A stretch of 64,000 nt of DNA from an uncultured Methanosarcinales archaeon (GCA_964441565.1 CAYTWW010000002.1:88032-152031); one strand, 5' to 3'; counted from the stretch's first letter, positions 1-10,288 are shown. Numbers and translations are program-made. The notes: generated from the sequence alone by a model not told the origin.

Positions 1-275
1 AACAGAGTCGGCCTCATGGAGTGCGTCATGTACTTCATGTTTATCTCCATCATGTCGCTCTGGACCTTCATGGCCTTCTCTGGATGGTTCTTGAGTTCCT
101 TTAGCTTCTTCTGGAGCTCGTTCTGCTCAGTGCGCAGGTCCTTCATCAGGCTCTGATTGGTCAGGAACTTGTATGCTAGCGTGATGACAAGCGAAAGTAT
201 GAATGAGATGAGAAGAATAGCAAGGAACGGATGCATGGTCAGTAGTGGACCCATGATTGTATCGAGTATGGCCAT
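1..275 (-). CDS. DUF106/EMC3/TMCO1-family membrane protein (3' end runs off window)
   Basis: Manual translation from ATG 275: MAILDTIMGPLLTMHPFLAILLISFILSLVITLAYKFLTNQSLMKDLRTEQNELQKKLKELK...MKYMTHSMRPTL; TM helix plus coiled coil; usual position downstream of secY in archaea. Confidence 0.8.
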   Translation of the reverse strand, partial: MAILDTIMGPLLTMHPFLAILLISFILSLVITLAYKFLTNQSLMKDLRTEQNELQKKLKELKNHPEKAMKVQSDMMEINMKYMTHSMRPTL

Positions 276-706
276 CTATGAAAAAAATCAGGGAACCTAT
301 TTAAATATGCCGATTAGACATAGCATTCCTGGTTGTAAAAATTCACGAACATGCAGCTGTACAAGGCAGACAGACACGCAAAGGAATCGCTTGATCTGCC
401 TTGGAAACATAAGACGTTATTTTAACTCAGGAGTATAGATGAGCGTCAAGCCTGATGGACACCACGATAAGGAAGCGCCAGAGGAGCTGCCTAGGCTCTA
501 GATATCTTTCAATCATGCATTGCCGAAAACTTGACTTCTAGTGCGCTTGTCCATTGACTCTCACCTATTAACCGATACCCTGGGTTTTTCATGTTCGCGC
601 ACTTGAGCAAATCTTTCTGCGAACATGAGGCTTCGAACATGGTGAGATTGTCCGGCTCTCATCTGCGAGCAGTATGTCGGATGCCCGGTAACTGCCCTTT
701 CCAAAC

Positions 707-1462
707 TCAAGCTCTGCAGACAAACAACACCGGCGGATGCTTCCTGACATCCTTCTCAGATATCTGCAGCTCTCCATTCGCTTCAAGCAGCTCAAAACCA
801 GCTCTCTTTATCTCCCTCTTGACTTCCTGTACAGATGGGATGTGGATGTACTGCCTTGTCCGGAAAGTCCTCCCTTTGTCAGACGATTCCCTGTCAAAGA
901 ACCTGTCTCCGAAATCGATCTCATCTACTTTCCATCCAAGACGCTTGAGGATATGGAACCTGATCCACTGCTTGTTCCAGAACCAAGCGAACTCTTGGGA
1001 TAAGACCCTTGGATGCGCTGTGAATATGAATATCCCACCTTTCTTCAGCACCCTCCTGGTCTCCTCCAGCGCCTTGAGCCTGTTATTCCTCCCAGGGATC
1101 TGGGTCCATCCCTGGTTCGAGAATAGCGCATAGTCGAATGACTCATCCCTGAACTTGAGGTCGCAGGCATCCATGACCGTGTAGTTGATCTTCAGCCTTT
1201 CATTCTTAGTGATGGTTTTCGCACTCCTGATCATCGCTGGAGTGATGTCTATCCCTGTCACCATGAAGCCCATCCTAGCAAGCGGGATAGTCGTCCTCCC
1301 TGTCCCGCAGCCGATGTCAAGCACCTTTGCTTTCTGCTTTTTGAAAAACTTTGTGATGAAGTGCTTCTCAGATAGCCATAATCCCTCCCTGGCCTTAGCC
1401 TTGTACAGGCTCTGTGCGTTCTTTGATGAGAATTCAGTGATTACTAAGTCTTTCAGGGACAT
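707..1462 (-). CDS. Class I SAM-dependent methyltransferase
   Basis: [11 protein letters not shown] motif [26 protein letters not shown]. Confidence 0.9.
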   Translation of the reverse strand: MSLKDLVITEFSSKNAQSLYKAKAREGLWLSEKHFITKFFKKQKAKVLDIGCGTGRTTIPLARMGFMVTGIDITPAMIRSAKTITKNERLKINYTVMDACDLKFRDESFDYALFSNQGWTQIPGRNNRLKALEETRRVLKKGGIFIFTAHPRVLSQEFAWFWNKQWIRFHILKRLGWKVDEIDFGDRFFDRESSDKGRTFRTRQYIHIPSVQEVKREIKRAGFELLEANGELQISEKDVRKHPPVLFVCRA

Positions 1463-1546
1463 GGAGAATGGGAGACAGGAGGAAGATAAAATTTTTTTTT
1501 ACAAATCAATGAATCTGACATTAACTGCTTGTGAAATTAATGCTTT

Positions 1547-1569
1547 TCCACCTTTATGCAAAAGGTGGA
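1547..1569 (-). terminator. Hairpin immediately 3' of secY, possible terminator
   Basis: TCCACCTTT-ATGCA-AAAGGTGGA inverted repeat just past the secY stop. Confidence 0.4.
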
Positions 1570-1576
1570 GAAAAAA

Positions 1577-3076
1577 TTATTTCCCCATGAATTTTCTCAT
1601 GAGCGGATTCATGTCATACACATGCTCCTTGGCGATATCTTCGTAGAGCCTGTAGACGATCATGACTGTCAGGAGGATTCCTGTTCCTCTGGACAGAGCT
1701 CCGGAGAGATCTGCGAGAGCAGCAAGGAACCCTACAGTTATCGCGCCCATCACAGTCAGAGGGAGGATGTACCTGTTGAGCAGGGTCTCAAGTATCCTCT
1801 TGTCTTTCCTGAATCCAGGGATCTGGAGCCCTGATTTCATCATCTGGTCTGCCTGCGCGCTTGCATCCATACCTGATGTCTGGACCCAGAACAGCGAGAA
1901 TATCACTGATCCTGCTACCATGAGTACCACATATATCATGCTCTCGAAGAACACAGGCCAGCTAAAGCCTGTCCTGATCACGCTCTCAAGAAGGTTTGGT
2001 CCATTCAGCAGTGCGATGAAACCCACAGGATTAGCACCCTGGTAACCGCCTGGGAAGCAGAACGGGCTTCCTCCGAAGAGCCAGCATACAGGCTGCCCTG
2101 TGCCGACCCAGTTCTGCAGGAGTCTAACCCAGAGCTGTAGCGTCGCGAAGAGAGATGCGACCAGGATGACTGGGATGTTGCTTGTATAGATGAAATGCAG
2201 AGGCCACCTGATGCCATGCCCCCTCACCCTTCCGAATGATAGAGGGATCTCAACCCTCATCGACTGCGCATATACAGCAATCATGAACACGAATGCTGTC
2301 GCTGCTATCGCGAGTATTATCGAGAGAGCTGTCTGGAAATCCTGGTTAGGGAGCGCATAGAATATCAGTTCCCATAGTCTGCCTACCGGAGCCTGCTGGC
2401 TGACCCAGAACAGCTGCCCGTTGACATCGAATATGCTTATGAGCTGGATGACGATCTGCTTGCTTATGCCTGCTGCGATAAAGAGCGAGATGCCGGATCC
2501 GAATCCCCACTTGCTCACTATCTCATCCATGAAGAGGACAATCATTCCTCCGAGGAAGAGCTGGAATATGAGTCCGAACTGTATGAATGCTATCTGTCCG
2601 GCTGAAAGCGCTATCGATGAAGCAGTCGCCGTCGCTGAGAAGGATCCGCTGAGTGGATCGAAGAATCTTCCAGGCTGGAGACCTCCCATCATGACGTAGA
2701 TGATGGCCTCGAAGACTATGAATGCGATCGACATCAGCTTCTGGACGCCCTGGAATCTCTGTTTCCCCTCATGCGATGAGAGGTCGAACTTGATGATCTT
2801 GGAGCCGTTGAGAAGCTGGAGTATGATCGATCCTGTGACAATCGGACCGATCCCAAGCGACAGGAGGCTTCCGAACTCAGCTCCAAGTATGATTGAAAGG
2901 TACTGGAACTGCCTGAGCGCATTGTCTCCTATCCCGTACAGTGGGATCATGCCAAGAATGAAGAATAGGACTAGGACGACAAGCGTCCATTTTACTTTCT
3001 CCTTGAAAGGGAGTCTCTTCTGAGTAGGCGGCGCAACCTCGGGGAGGTTGAGTATGAGCTTATCAAAAAGAGACAT
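1577..3076 (-). CDS. secY: Preprotein translocase subunit SecY
   Basis: LGIGPIVTGSIILQLL, KWGFGSGISLFIAAG, YTSNIPVIL, QIPGFR, GTGILL; end of spc operon. Confidence 0.98.
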   Translation of the reverse strand: MSLFDKLILNLPEVAPPTQKRLPFKEKVKWTLVVLVLFFILGMIPLYGIGDNALRQFQYLSIILGAEFGSLLSLGIGPIVTGSIILQLLNGSKIIKFDLSSHEGKQRFQGVQKLMSIAFIVFEAIIYVMMGGLQPGRFFDPLSGSFSATATASSIALSAGQIAFIQFGLIFQLFLGGMIVLFMDEIVSKWGFGSGISLFIAAGISKQIVIQLISIFDVNGQLFWVSQQAPVGRLWELIFYALPNQDFQTALSIILAIAATAFVFMIAVYAQSMRVEIPLSFGRVRGHGIRWPLHFIYTSNIPVILVASLFATLQLWVRLLQNWVGTGQPVCWLFGGSPFCFPGGYQGANPVGFIALLNGPNLLESVIRTGFSWPVFFESMIYVVLMVAGSVIFSLFWVQTSGMDASAQADQMMKSGLQIPGFRKDKRILETLLNRYILPLTVMGAITVGFLAALADLSGALSRGTGILLTVMIVYRLYEDIAKEHVYDMNPLMRKFMGK

Positions 3077-3078
3077 TT

Positions 3079-3528
3079 TTATTCGCTGGGCAGCACGACC
3101 TCGCCGCCAGCTTCCTTGACCTTCTCGATCACACCTGCTGATGCGCTGTCGACGGTTATCTTCAGTTTCTCTGTGACATTCCCCTTTGAGAGGAGCTTGT
3201 CATAACCCAGCTTTGTAAGATCGATCACATATAAATCTTTCTCTTTCGTGATCTCGCTTTCCCTCAGCATGCTATCGAGGTTCCTCTGGAGCGTGGCGAC
3301 TGTTATCGTGTTCACCTTGACTCCGTCAGCCTTCCTGGAGACGAAACCTACCTTTCCAAGATGCCTCTTTCCGCCAGTCATCTTCATGAGCTTGGCTTCG
3401 GATCTCTTTCCAGAGCCAGCCATTCCTCGGCCGCCTCTGCTTCCTGATCCTCTGTGCTTCTTGCCTGTGCCCTTGCCGTGGGTCTCGCTTCCCCTGAGCC
3501 TGGTCGCTTTCCTTTTTTTATGCTGCAT
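3079..3528 (-). CDS. rpl15: 50S ribosomal protein uL15
   Basis: RGSETHGKG...RGGRGMAG; operon order. Confidence 0.95.
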   Translation of the reverse strand: MQHKKRKATRLRGSETHGKGTGKKHRGSGSRGGRGMAGSGKRSEAKLMKMTGGKRHLGKVGFVSRKADGVKVNTITVATLQRNLDSMLRESEITKEKDLYVIDLTKLGYDKLLSKGNVTEKLKITVDSASAGVIEKVKEAGGEVVLPSE

Positions 3529-3529
3529 T

Positions 3530-3928
3530 TTAGATCATCTTCCTGATGAGCTCATTGATCTTGGCGCCCCTGTATCCAAGCGCACCATGCTCGCCGAAGC
3601 CTTTCTTTGTGCCTTTCCTCTCGAATCCGCCTTTAGGAGGACTGAGCCTGAAAACCTTCTTGACTTTCTTTCCTGCGACTTCGATAGATCTCTCGTCCTC
3701 TGCCTCCTCGCCTCTCTTCTCTGCGAGCAGAGCAAGGGTCTCGTCGTCGATCTCTCCCCATGTGACCTGGTCCTTGACCTTGAGGACCATCCCTTTGTTG
3801 CTGGGTGTCCCTTCGATTACTGTGCACCAGTTCCTCCTGTGGAGATTCAGGAACTTGAGGCTCTCCTTGACAGAGAGATCCTGTCGTGCGAGGCCCCTCA
3901 TCCTAATAACAGCTAGTTTCGGTTCCAT
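3530..3928 (-). CDS. rpl30: 50S ribosomal protein uL30
   Basis: AVIRMRG, VTWGEID, FRLSPPKGG, GALGYRG. Confidence 0.95.
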   Translation of the reverse strand: MEPKLAVIRMRGLARQDLSVKESLKFLNLHRRNWCTVIEGTPSNKGMVLKVKDQVTWGEIDDETLALLAEKRGEEAEDERSIEVAGKKVKKVFRLSPPKGGFERKGTKKGFGEHGALGYRGAKINELIRKMI

Positions 3929-3929
3929 T

Positions 3930-4715
3930 TTATTCAGCGCTCTGTTCCTGGAGCTTACCCTCTTGGATAGATAGTGCCTTGATGTGCTGAGGCTGGATCT
4001 TTGTCTTGATGAGCTGCCTCATCGCATCTTCGCATGCCTTCATGAGGTTCATGGTCGTCCTGGTCTGTCCATATGTCCTCGACCAGACATCCTTGACACC
4101 TGCGAGCTGAAGGACCTTAGCGCATTCCTTCTCGACGCAAAGCCCTACACCCTTAGGAGCAGGTATCAGCTTGATCCTTGTCGAACCGCATCTGCCTTCG
4201 ACAGTGTATGGAATGGAGTGAGGCTCTCCGCACATGCATTCCCATGAGCCGCAGCCTCTCCTGATCTTGAAGACATGCAGTTTGGCATTCCTGAAGGCCT
4301 TCTCCCTTGCAGGGACAGTCTCCTTGGATTTACCATAGCCAAGGCCGATGTACCCGTCCTTGTTGCCTACGATGCACAGGGTCGAGAAGTGAGGCTTGTT
4401 TCCTTCCTTCGTCTTCTTCTGTGTCTGCTTGAAGACCCTTCTCTTTCCTCCTCCGAACTTTCCCTTGGCCTGGCCGACAGCCAGCAGGTCATGCTCGATA
4501 TTTGGGACGAGAGCGTCTGTTATCTCGACCTCGAGGATCGTCTTTCCTGCATCGAGGATATCGTCGATGTCCTTTATCTCCCCTGACTTGACCTTCCTTC
4601 CGAGGTCTGTCCTTGGTTGCCAGGAATCGACAGCTGAGTTCTCTACTCTCGTATCCTCCTCGGGTTCCGTTATCTCTTCCGCGACTATAGTCTCCGGTTT
4701 TTCATCATCAGCCAT
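3930..4715 (-). CDS. rps5: 30S ribosomal protein uS5
   Basis: WQPRTDLG, RGCGSWECMCGEPHSIP, LIPAPKGVGL. Confidence 0.97.
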   Translation of the reverse strand: MADDEKPETIVAEEITEPEEDTRVENSAVDSWQPRTDLGRKVKSGEIKDIDDILDAGKTILEVEITDALVPNIEHDLLAVGQAKGKFGGGKRRVFKQTQKKTKEGNKPHFSTLCIVGNKDGYIGLGYGKSKETVPAREKAFRNAKLHVFKIRRGCGSWECMCGEPHSIPYTVEGRCGSTRIKLIPAPKGVGLCVEKECAKVLQLAGVKDVWSRTYGQTRTTMNLMKACEDAMRQLIKTKIQPQHIKALSIQEGKLQEQSAE

Positions 4716-4716
4716 T

Positions 4717-5250
4717 TTATCCCTTCATTATCTTGTTTTTCACAGCATCGAACTCGTCAAGAGCCGTTGCTGGATGTGCGGTGAATTTGTCGCCGGCGTT
4801 CTTTGCATGCTCTGCGATATGCTTGCCCCTTATCCTGTCTTCGGATGGGAGGATCTCCTCTGAGTGCTCGATGACAAGTCCGCCATCGATGCATCCCTTC
4901 ACTACCGCGAACAGCCTTGATCCTGCGATAGGTGTCTGCAGGCCTAGGTCAAGGACCATCTCCTTGTCCTCGCTCTTCTTTGCGAGCAGAAGCCCGACAA
5001 GATACGCAGAAGGCATGTTGCCTGTGTTTGCCTTCCATCCATACTTCTTCAGCTCGCTTGACGAAGCGGTCTTCACGACCACATCTCCCACTGCGGCGTA
5101 CTTCACTACCTGAGCGACAATGTTCTTGTTCGATTTCCTGACGACGAGCCTTGGGACGCTCGTCTTGAGCAGGGTAAGGCGCTTCTTGTAATTGGTCTTG
5201 CCTTCCCTCTTTCTCCTGAATAGGACTGTCTTTATGATTTTCTTACTCAT
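4717..5250 (-). CDS. rpl18: 50S ribosomal protein uL18
   Basis: RRKREGKTNYKKRL, RLVVRKSN, SAYLVGLL. Confidence 0.96.
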   Translation of the reverse strand: MSKKIIKTVLFRRKREGKTNYKKRLTLLKTSVPRLVVRKSNKNIVAQVVKYAAVGDVVVKTASSSELKKYGWKANTGNMPSAYLVGLLLAKKSEDKEMVLDLGLQTPIAGSRLFAVVKGCIDGGLVIEHSEEILPSEDRIRGKHIAEHAKNAGDKFTAHPATALDEFDAVKNKIMKG

Positions 5251-5695
5251 TTTTGATTAGCCCCTGTTCTGTCAGATAAAGCTTGATATGCCTCTTGCTC
5301 CTGAAGAATCCTCCTTTGGATTTCAGGTAAAGCTCTCTGTAGAGCTCGTTTGTTATGACATTCTTATCCTTGAGGGTCTTGAGATAGCTTCTCTGGAGCC
5401 TGATCCTGTTCATCCAGGTTGTCTTCGTGTCCTCCCTGGCGCCAGCCCTTCCTTTCCTGGAACCCTGGCCTCTCCTGAGACCCTTCTTCTTCTGGTCGTG
5501 CGCCTTCCTGACCCTTCCCCTTGAGATCCCTCTCTTCGGGACGATCTGGATGACACCCTCCTGGATGAGGGACTTGATGTCATTTTTTGTGATTGCCTTC
5601 TTGATATCGTCGAGCCTCATGGTGTCGAATTTGACCCTTTTAGAGGACCCCTTGACGATGTCTGCTACAAGCCTTTTCTGAACGTCGAGATTCAT
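5243..5695 (-). CDS. rpl19e: 50S ribosomal protein eL19
   Basis: QKRLVADI, GRRGQGSRKG-like motif, WMNRIR, LYLKSKGGFF. Confidence 0.96.
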   Translation of the reverse strand: MNLDVQKRLVADIVKGSSKRVKFDTMRLDDIKKAITKNDIKSLIQEGVIQIVPKRGISRGRVRKAHDQKKKGLRRGQGSRKGRAGAREDTKTTWMNRIRLQRSYLKTLKDKNVITNELYRELYLKSKGGFFRSKRHIKLYLTEQGLIKNE

Positions 5696-5705
5696 TTATA
5701 TCACG

Positions 5706-6278
5706 TCAAAATTTTTTGGTGAGCAGCCTGTCGATCTCCTGCTTCTCAAGCTTCTTCTTCTCCTCATCGGAGAGCTTGTCCTCGATCGACTCCTTCTCTT
5801 CTTTCTTTGTCTCTTTCTTCTTCTCCTCTACCTTCTGCTCCTTGACTTCCTTCTTCTTCTGGAGCTTCTGCTTCTTCTCAGCAGCATAGGCCTGAGGATC
5901 CTTGATGTTGAGGATTGTGAGCTTCATCTCGACTGCCTTGGTCATGATCTCAAGCTTCTTCTTTGTTCCGAGCTTGGCTGAGATTATGATACCCTGCTCT
6001 TTGGGCTTTACAGACCCTAGCTGGTCGAGCTTGGAGACGAGGACTATCTCAAGTCCGCTCCTGTCGAGTCCCTTGACCTCGCTTGGTGAGCCGTATCCTG
6101 GAGAGACCATCTTCTTGTGCCCGGACCCTTTCATCAGCTTTGAATGGTATCCATGAGGCTTCCTCCATCTGATGCTCCCCTGGAGTCTCTTGAGCTTGGT
6201 TGTGCCTTGCCTCACGAACTTGGGCTTCCTCGACTTGATGCTCTTCCTGAGTGAGAGTAGTTCCTTTTTCATTGTCAT
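5706..6278 (-). CDS. rpl32e: 50S ribosomal protein eL32 with Lys/Glu-rich C-terminal extension
   Basis: KPKFVRQ, WRKPHG, GYGSP; charged tail. Confidence 0.93.
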   Translation of the reverse strand: MTMKKELLSLRKSIKSRKPKFVRQGTTKLKRLQGSIRWRKPHGYHSKLMKGSGHKKMVSPGYGSPSEVKGLDRSGLEIVLVSKLDQLGSVKPKEQGIIISAKLGTKKKLEIMTKAVEMKLTILNIKDPQAYAAEKKQKLQKKKEVKEQKVEEKKKETKKEEKESIEDKLSDEEKKKLEKQEIDRLLTKKF

Positions 6279-6808
6279 CTACCTTTTGAAGTCAGGAAGA
6301 TCCCATCCTGGAAGATCCTCCTGTCGAAGTTCTGTCTCTGGGTGCTCTTCTCGAGGTTGGCAGCTGTCTGTCCGACAAGCTCCTTGTCGTTCCCTGAGAC
6401 GACTATCTCTGCGCCTTCGATCTGCACCTTGACCTTAGGATCGACCTTCACAGTCCTTGGTACCTTCTCGCCGAGGAGGTTCTTGACCGATACGACGCCG
6501 TTGGCGAATGTGACATTCATCGGGAAGTGGCCTGAACAGACCTTCAGCTTGTATGTGTATCCCTCGGTGACTCCTGTCATCATGTTCCTCAGGAGGACCA
6601 CATAGGTGTTCACTACAGCCTTCTCCTTCTTTGTTGTCTCTTCTGCTGAAATCTCGACCCCGTCAGCGACCTTGACAGAGACAGAAGGGTTTGCGAATGC
6701 CTTTGTCAATGAGCCCTTAGGGCCTGTGACAGTGACATTGTCCCCAGACATCTCTACCTTGACCTTCTCAGGGATATCGAGCTTGACACTGATGTTTTTC
6801 TTTGTCAT
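6275..6808 (-). CDS. rpl6: 50S ribosomal protein uL6
   Basis: VTGPKG, HFPMNV, GQTAANLE, DRRIFQDGI. Confidence 0.97.
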   Translation of the reverse strand: MTKKNISVKLDIPEKVKVEMSGDNVTVTGPKGSLTKAFANPSVSVKVADGVEISAEETTKKEKAVVNTYVVLLRNMMTGVTEGYTYKLKVCSGHFPMNVTFANGVVSVKNLLGEKVPRTVKVDPKVKVQIEGAEIVVSGNDKELVGQTAANLEKSTQRQNFDRRIFQDGIFLTSKGR

Positions 6809-6809
6809 C

Positions 6810-7202
6810 TTAATACACGTATGCTACGAGTTTTCCGCCAAGGTTCTTCTTGACTGCCTCTACCTGAGTCATCATCCCCTGGCTTGTTGATACTATGAGC
6901 AGCCCGAACCCGAAGGCAGGCAGATACCTTTTCTCGAACTTCTCATATTCTGTGGCCTTGACATTGAACCTAGGCTTGATCACGCCGCACTTGTTGATGT
7001 TTCCGAGCAGGTTGATTGTGATCGTCCCGCCCCTGTTGTCGACGTTCTCCTTGAACGACCCGATATAGGTGTTGTCCTGGAGGATCTGCAGCACAGTCTT
7101 GATGACCTTTGAGTTGCAGCCTACGGTTATCTCCTTCTTGCCCTGCTTGTCCTCGTTGAGGACATGGGACATGACGTTTGCGAGTGTGTCGTTGAGTGTC
7201 AT
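6810..7202 (-). CDS. rps8: 30S ribosomal protein uS8 (start re-called at ATG 7202)
   Basis: MTLNDTLAN, INKCGVIKPRF, VSTSQG, GGKLVAYVY. Confidence 0.96.
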   Translation of the reverse strand: MTLNDTLANVMSHVLNEDKQGKKEITVGCNSKVIKTVLQILQDNTYIGSFKENVDNRGGTITINLLGNINKCGVIKPRFNVKATEYEKFEKRYLPAFGFGLLIVSTSQGMMTQVEAVKKNLGGKLVAYVY

Positions 7203-7210
7203 TTTATCTC

Positions 7211-7447
7211 CTAGTTGAATTTCTTGAAGCCTAGCTTCGCAGCTATGTCCCTGAAGCAGCACCTGCACAGGTTGAGCCCATAGCTTGAGATGTTCCCGCC
7301 GACGCCGGTCCTTCCGCACCTGCTGCACTTGTGGTTTGCTCTTCCGCAAGATCTGGTCTTAGGGGTGTTGTATTTCTTGAACCTCTTGAGCTTCGACTGC
7401 TTAGCTTTCAGCTGAGTCAGTGCTTTCTTATGATCGCTAGTGGTCAT
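7211..7447 (-). CDS. rps14: 30S ribosomal protein uS14 (Zn-binding, N-terminal extension)
   Basis: CSRCG...LCRCCFRDIAAKLGFKK. Confidence 0.93.
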   Translation of the reverse strand: MTTSDHKKALTQLKAKQSKLKRFKKYNTPKTRSCGRANHKCSRCGRTGVGGNISSYGLNLCRCCFRDIAAKLGFKKFN

Positions 7448-7956
7448 TCTTCATCCACCTTCACATTGAATTCTTTCTGGAAATATTCCACGCTGTCCTG
7501 CTGGGAGATCTTGTGTTCCTTCCCGACCTTCCTTGTCTGGAGCTTTCTCCTCTTTGTCCTGAATCCTGGCCTCTCGAGAGTGGCTGTGATCTGGAATCCG
7601 AGGATGCCTATCTCCGGATCGTAGGCGAGGCCTGGGATGTCGATATATTCAGTGACTCCGAAACTGACATTCCCTTCTGAATCGAAGCAACTCCTCTTGA
7701 GCTTGTTCTCCCTTGCCACAAGCACTCTCTTCAGGACAGACACTGCAGCATCTTTCCTGAGGGTGAGCTTGAGTCCTATAGGAAGTCCTGGCCTCAGGTT
7801 CCATCCTGGGATCCTCTTCTGTGTGACTGTCTTGACAGGCGCGATGCCTGTGAGTGCCTGGATGAGCTTCTGGCCTTTCTTCATCTGGTCCTGGTTAGTT
7901 CCAGTGCCCATGTTTATGGTCAGCTTCTCTATCCTGATATTCTTCATGACGTTCAT
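7444..7956 (-). CDS. rpl5: 50S ribosomal protein uL5
   Basis: IEKLTINMG, IGLKLTLR, YDPEIGILG. Confidence 0.97.
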   Translation of the reverse strand: MNVMKNIRIEKLTINMGTGTNQDQMKKGQKLIQALTGIAPVKTVTQKRIPGWNLRPGLPIGLKLTLRKDAAVSVLKRVLVARENKLKRSCFDSEGNVSFGVTEYIDIPGLAYDPEIGILGFQITATLERPGFRTKRRKLQTRKVGKEHKISQQDSVEYFQKEFNVKVDEE

Positions 7957-7957
7957 T

Positions 7958-8647
7958 TTAATCTACCAGCTTGATTTCAGGCTTGTCCTTGCCGATGACA
8001 AAGATATTTCTCTGGTCGCTTGTGAACTCGTTGCCTGATGCGTCCTTGACAGAGACCATCCTGCCGTCGATCTTCTCGATCTTGCCATGGTGGCCTGTGT
8101 ACTTTCCGCCGGATATGATGCAGTAGTGTCCTTCAGCAAGCTTCAGGTGCTCTGCGATCTCTTGGCTTGGGACCTTGATCCTGACGACATCCCCAACCTT
8201 GTATCCCTTGTCCTCAGCCATCATGATGTTCCTTCCATCATCTAGGTTGAGCTGGAATCCTTTCTTGATCTTGGTCTTGTTGATGATCCTGCAAAGCTTC
8301 CTGTCTGCCTCGTCCTTCCCGACCTTGACAAGTGTGAGCCTTCCTTTGGTCGAGATGAGCATCCTGTACGCTTCGTCAGCCACAGGCAGGCTCAGGACAT
8401 CCATGAAACCCACAGGATACCTGTGGTCCTTCCTTCTGATGCCGTCGACCATGACTTCCTTGTCCTTGAGGATGTTCTTGACTTCCCTTGTGGTCTTGCA
8501 GTAGTTCAGGACATCCTTGAATATGAGTGCTATCGGCATGCTCATGACCATCTTCTTTCCTGGGTTAGGCCTGACGATGAACTTGCTGCCCTTCCTGTCG
8601 ATTCTCCATGTGACAGGTGCTGTCTGCCTCTTCATGTGCGTCTTCAT
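7958..8647 (-). CDS. rps4e: 30S ribosomal protein eS4
   Basis: HMKRQTAP, VDGIRRKDHRYPVGFMDV, QLNLDDGRN. Confidence 0.96.
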   Translation of the reverse strand: MKTHMKRQTAPVTWRIDRKGSKFIVRPNPGKKMVMSMPIALIFKDVLNYCKTTREVKNILKDKEVMVDGIRRKDHRYPVGFMDVLSLPVADEAYRMLISTKGRLTLVKVGKDEADRKLCRIINKTKIKKGFQLNLDDGRNIMMAEDKGYKVGDVVRIKVPSQEIAEHLKLAEGHYCIISGGKYTGHHGKIEKIDGRMVSVKDASGNEFTSDQRNIFVIGKDKPEIKLVD

Positions 8648-9030
8648 TGTGATTTCCTCTTGAGTGATTCTGAGCGCCTCTTGTCTTCAAGGGTGAGCTC
8701 TGTGATCATGACATTGGAAGGATTGATCCCGTAGAATACCTTGGACCCGTCTTTCTTCTGCATCTCCACACCATTGATGTAGAGCTTCTCTTTCTTCACA
8801 TCGATCCTCTCCACCTTTCCGGTCTTGCCGTTGAACTGGCCTCTGAGGACCTTTACCTTGTCTCCTACCCTTACCCTGACCGACCTTCTCTGGTATTTCT
8901 CCTTGAGGTCGTCAGCAAGGTGGCTTGATATGAATTTGCTCTTGATATGCTTAGGAGCGTTCAGCCTGAATTTTCTCTGCTTTCTTGGCTGGGTGCTCTT
9001 ATTCCAGGTTGCGCTGAATTCTGTTTTCAT
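8644..9030 (-). CDS. rpl24: 50S ribosomal protein uL24
   Basis: QPRKQRK, GDKVKVLRG KOW motif, INPSNV. Confidence 0.96.
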   Translation of the reverse strand: MKTEFSATWNKSTQPRKQRKFRLNAPKHIKSKFISSHLADDLKEKYQRRSVRVRVGDKVKVLRGQFNGKTGKVERIDVKKEKLYINGVEMQKKDGSKVFYGINPSNVMITELTLEDKRRSESLKRKSQ

Positions 9031-9036
9031 CTTGGA

Positions 9037-9438
9037 TCACACGATTATGCTTGCAGTCTTTGAGATTCCAGACCATCTCTCGCAAGCCTCTTTGGCTACT
9101 GCGCCCTTGAAGATGGTTCCCTTCGGGTTTCCCTTGTCATCCTTGAGGACGACAGCTGCATTGTCTTCGAACTTTATCCTGGTGCCGTTAGGCCTCCTGT
9201 ATTCCTTTCTCTGTCTTACGATGACAGCCCACACGACCTGCTTCATCATGTCTGGCTTGCCTTTCTTGACAGCAGCCTTTATCAGGTCCCCGACTCCGGC
9301 CGAGGGCTTCCTGCTCCTCATGCCCTTGTATCCGAGGACCGAGATGACCTCCAGTACCTTTGCTCCTGAGTTGTCGCATGTGGGGATATTGGCTCCCACG
9401 GGGAGCGACCTTGTCACACGTGATTTTAATTCTTTCAT
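9037..9438 (-). CDS. rpl14: 50S ribosomal protein uL14
   Basis: [26 protein letters not shown]. Confidence 0.97.
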   Translation of the reverse strand: MKELKSRVTRSLPVGANIPTCDNSGAKVLEVISVLGYKGMRSRKPSAGVGDLIKAAVKKGKPDMMKQVVWAVIVRQRKEYRRPNGTRIKFEDNAAVVLKDDKGNPKGTIFKGAVAKEACERWSGISKTASIIV

Positions 9439-9746
9439 TTTTCCAGCACTTTCACTACTGCGAATTTCTTAGTCTTGGAAAGCGGCCTGCATTCCTTTAT
9501 GACTACGATGTCTCCTTCCTTGGCGCTGATGCATGTTGGGTTGTGGGCCTTGACATTGGATTTCCTCTTCTCGTACCTTTCGTACTTCGGGACCTTCTTC
9601 CTTGTCTCCCACTCGACACTTACGGTCTTCTGCATCTTTGAGCTGACGATGGTTCCCTGGAATTCCCTTCCTCTCAGCTTCAGGGATCCATGGATAGGAC
9701 AGTACCTGTCATCGCACTTGTTCTGTTCTTCTGATTTTTTTGCCAT
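9435..9746 (-). CDS. rps17: 30S ribosomal protein uS17 (start re-called at ATG 9746)
   Basis: [28 protein letters not shown]. Confidence 0.96.
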   Translation of the reverse strand: MAKKSEEQNKCDDRYCPIHGSLKLRGREFQGTIVSSKMQKTVSVEWETRKKVPKYERYEKRKSNVKAHNPTCISAKEGDIVVIKECRPLSKTKKFAVVKVLEK

Positions 9747-9751
9747 TTGGA

Positions 9752-9979
9752 TCACTTTTTTATCCGGTCTTCCGGACGCTTCGCGATTGTCTCGCCATTC
9801 ACCTTGCAATCATGTATGAATATCGTCGCGTTCTTCTTGATTATCGTCTTCACCCCTTTCGGGGTGTTGATCATGAGCGTGTTCTTGGTCTCGTCGATGA
9901 TAGTGCCTTCGAATTTCCGGCCGCTATAAATTATTAGCGCTGGAAGTCCGATGAACTCCCTTCTCTCGAGCTTTTCCAT
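9752..9979 (-). CDS. rnp1: Ribonuclease P protein component 1 (Rpp29/POP4)
   Basis: [24 protein letters not shown]; canonical position before S17. Confidence 0.92.
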   Translation of the reverse strand: MEKLERREFIGLPALIIYSGRKFEGTIIDETKNTLMINTPKGVKTIIKKNATIFIHDCKVNGETIAKRPEDRIKK

Positions 9980-10288
9980 CTATTTCGAATGTATGCTTTC
10001 CGGCGCGAAGCCCAGCTCGATGAGGATCTCCCTCACACGATGGATGTGATTTCCCTGGAGCTCGATCTTCCCGCCCTTGCCGGTTCCACCGCAGGCGAGC
10101 TGCTCCTTGAGCTTCCTCAGCACCTCTTTGGTGTCGATCTGCTTCACATCTATCCCTTCGATCAGGGTGTTCTTCTTGCCGAATTTTTTCTTGATCAGAG
10201 ACAAAGTTATCTGCTGTGCCTCCTTAGCGATGCTCTCGCATACGCAAAGCTCTGTCGGTAGTCCGCAGGTTGTGCAAATTTCACTCAT
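9980..10288 (-). CDS. sui1: Translation initiation factor aIF1 (SUI1 homolog)
   Basis: CTTCGLPTELCVC, LACGGT, IELQGNH. Confidence 0.95.
   Translation of the reverse strand: MSEICTTCGLPTELCVCESIAKEAQQITLSLIKKKFGKKNTLIEGIDVKQIDTKEVLRKLKEQLACGGTGKGGKIELQGNHIHRVREILIELGFAPESIHSK

Noticed and set aside
276..706. Possible SRP or RNase P RNA, and ORF 157-438
   Set aside because: No GAGGAAAGUCC or SRP helix-8 motif found. The ORF overlaps the DUF106 gene antisense and has no recognisable features.
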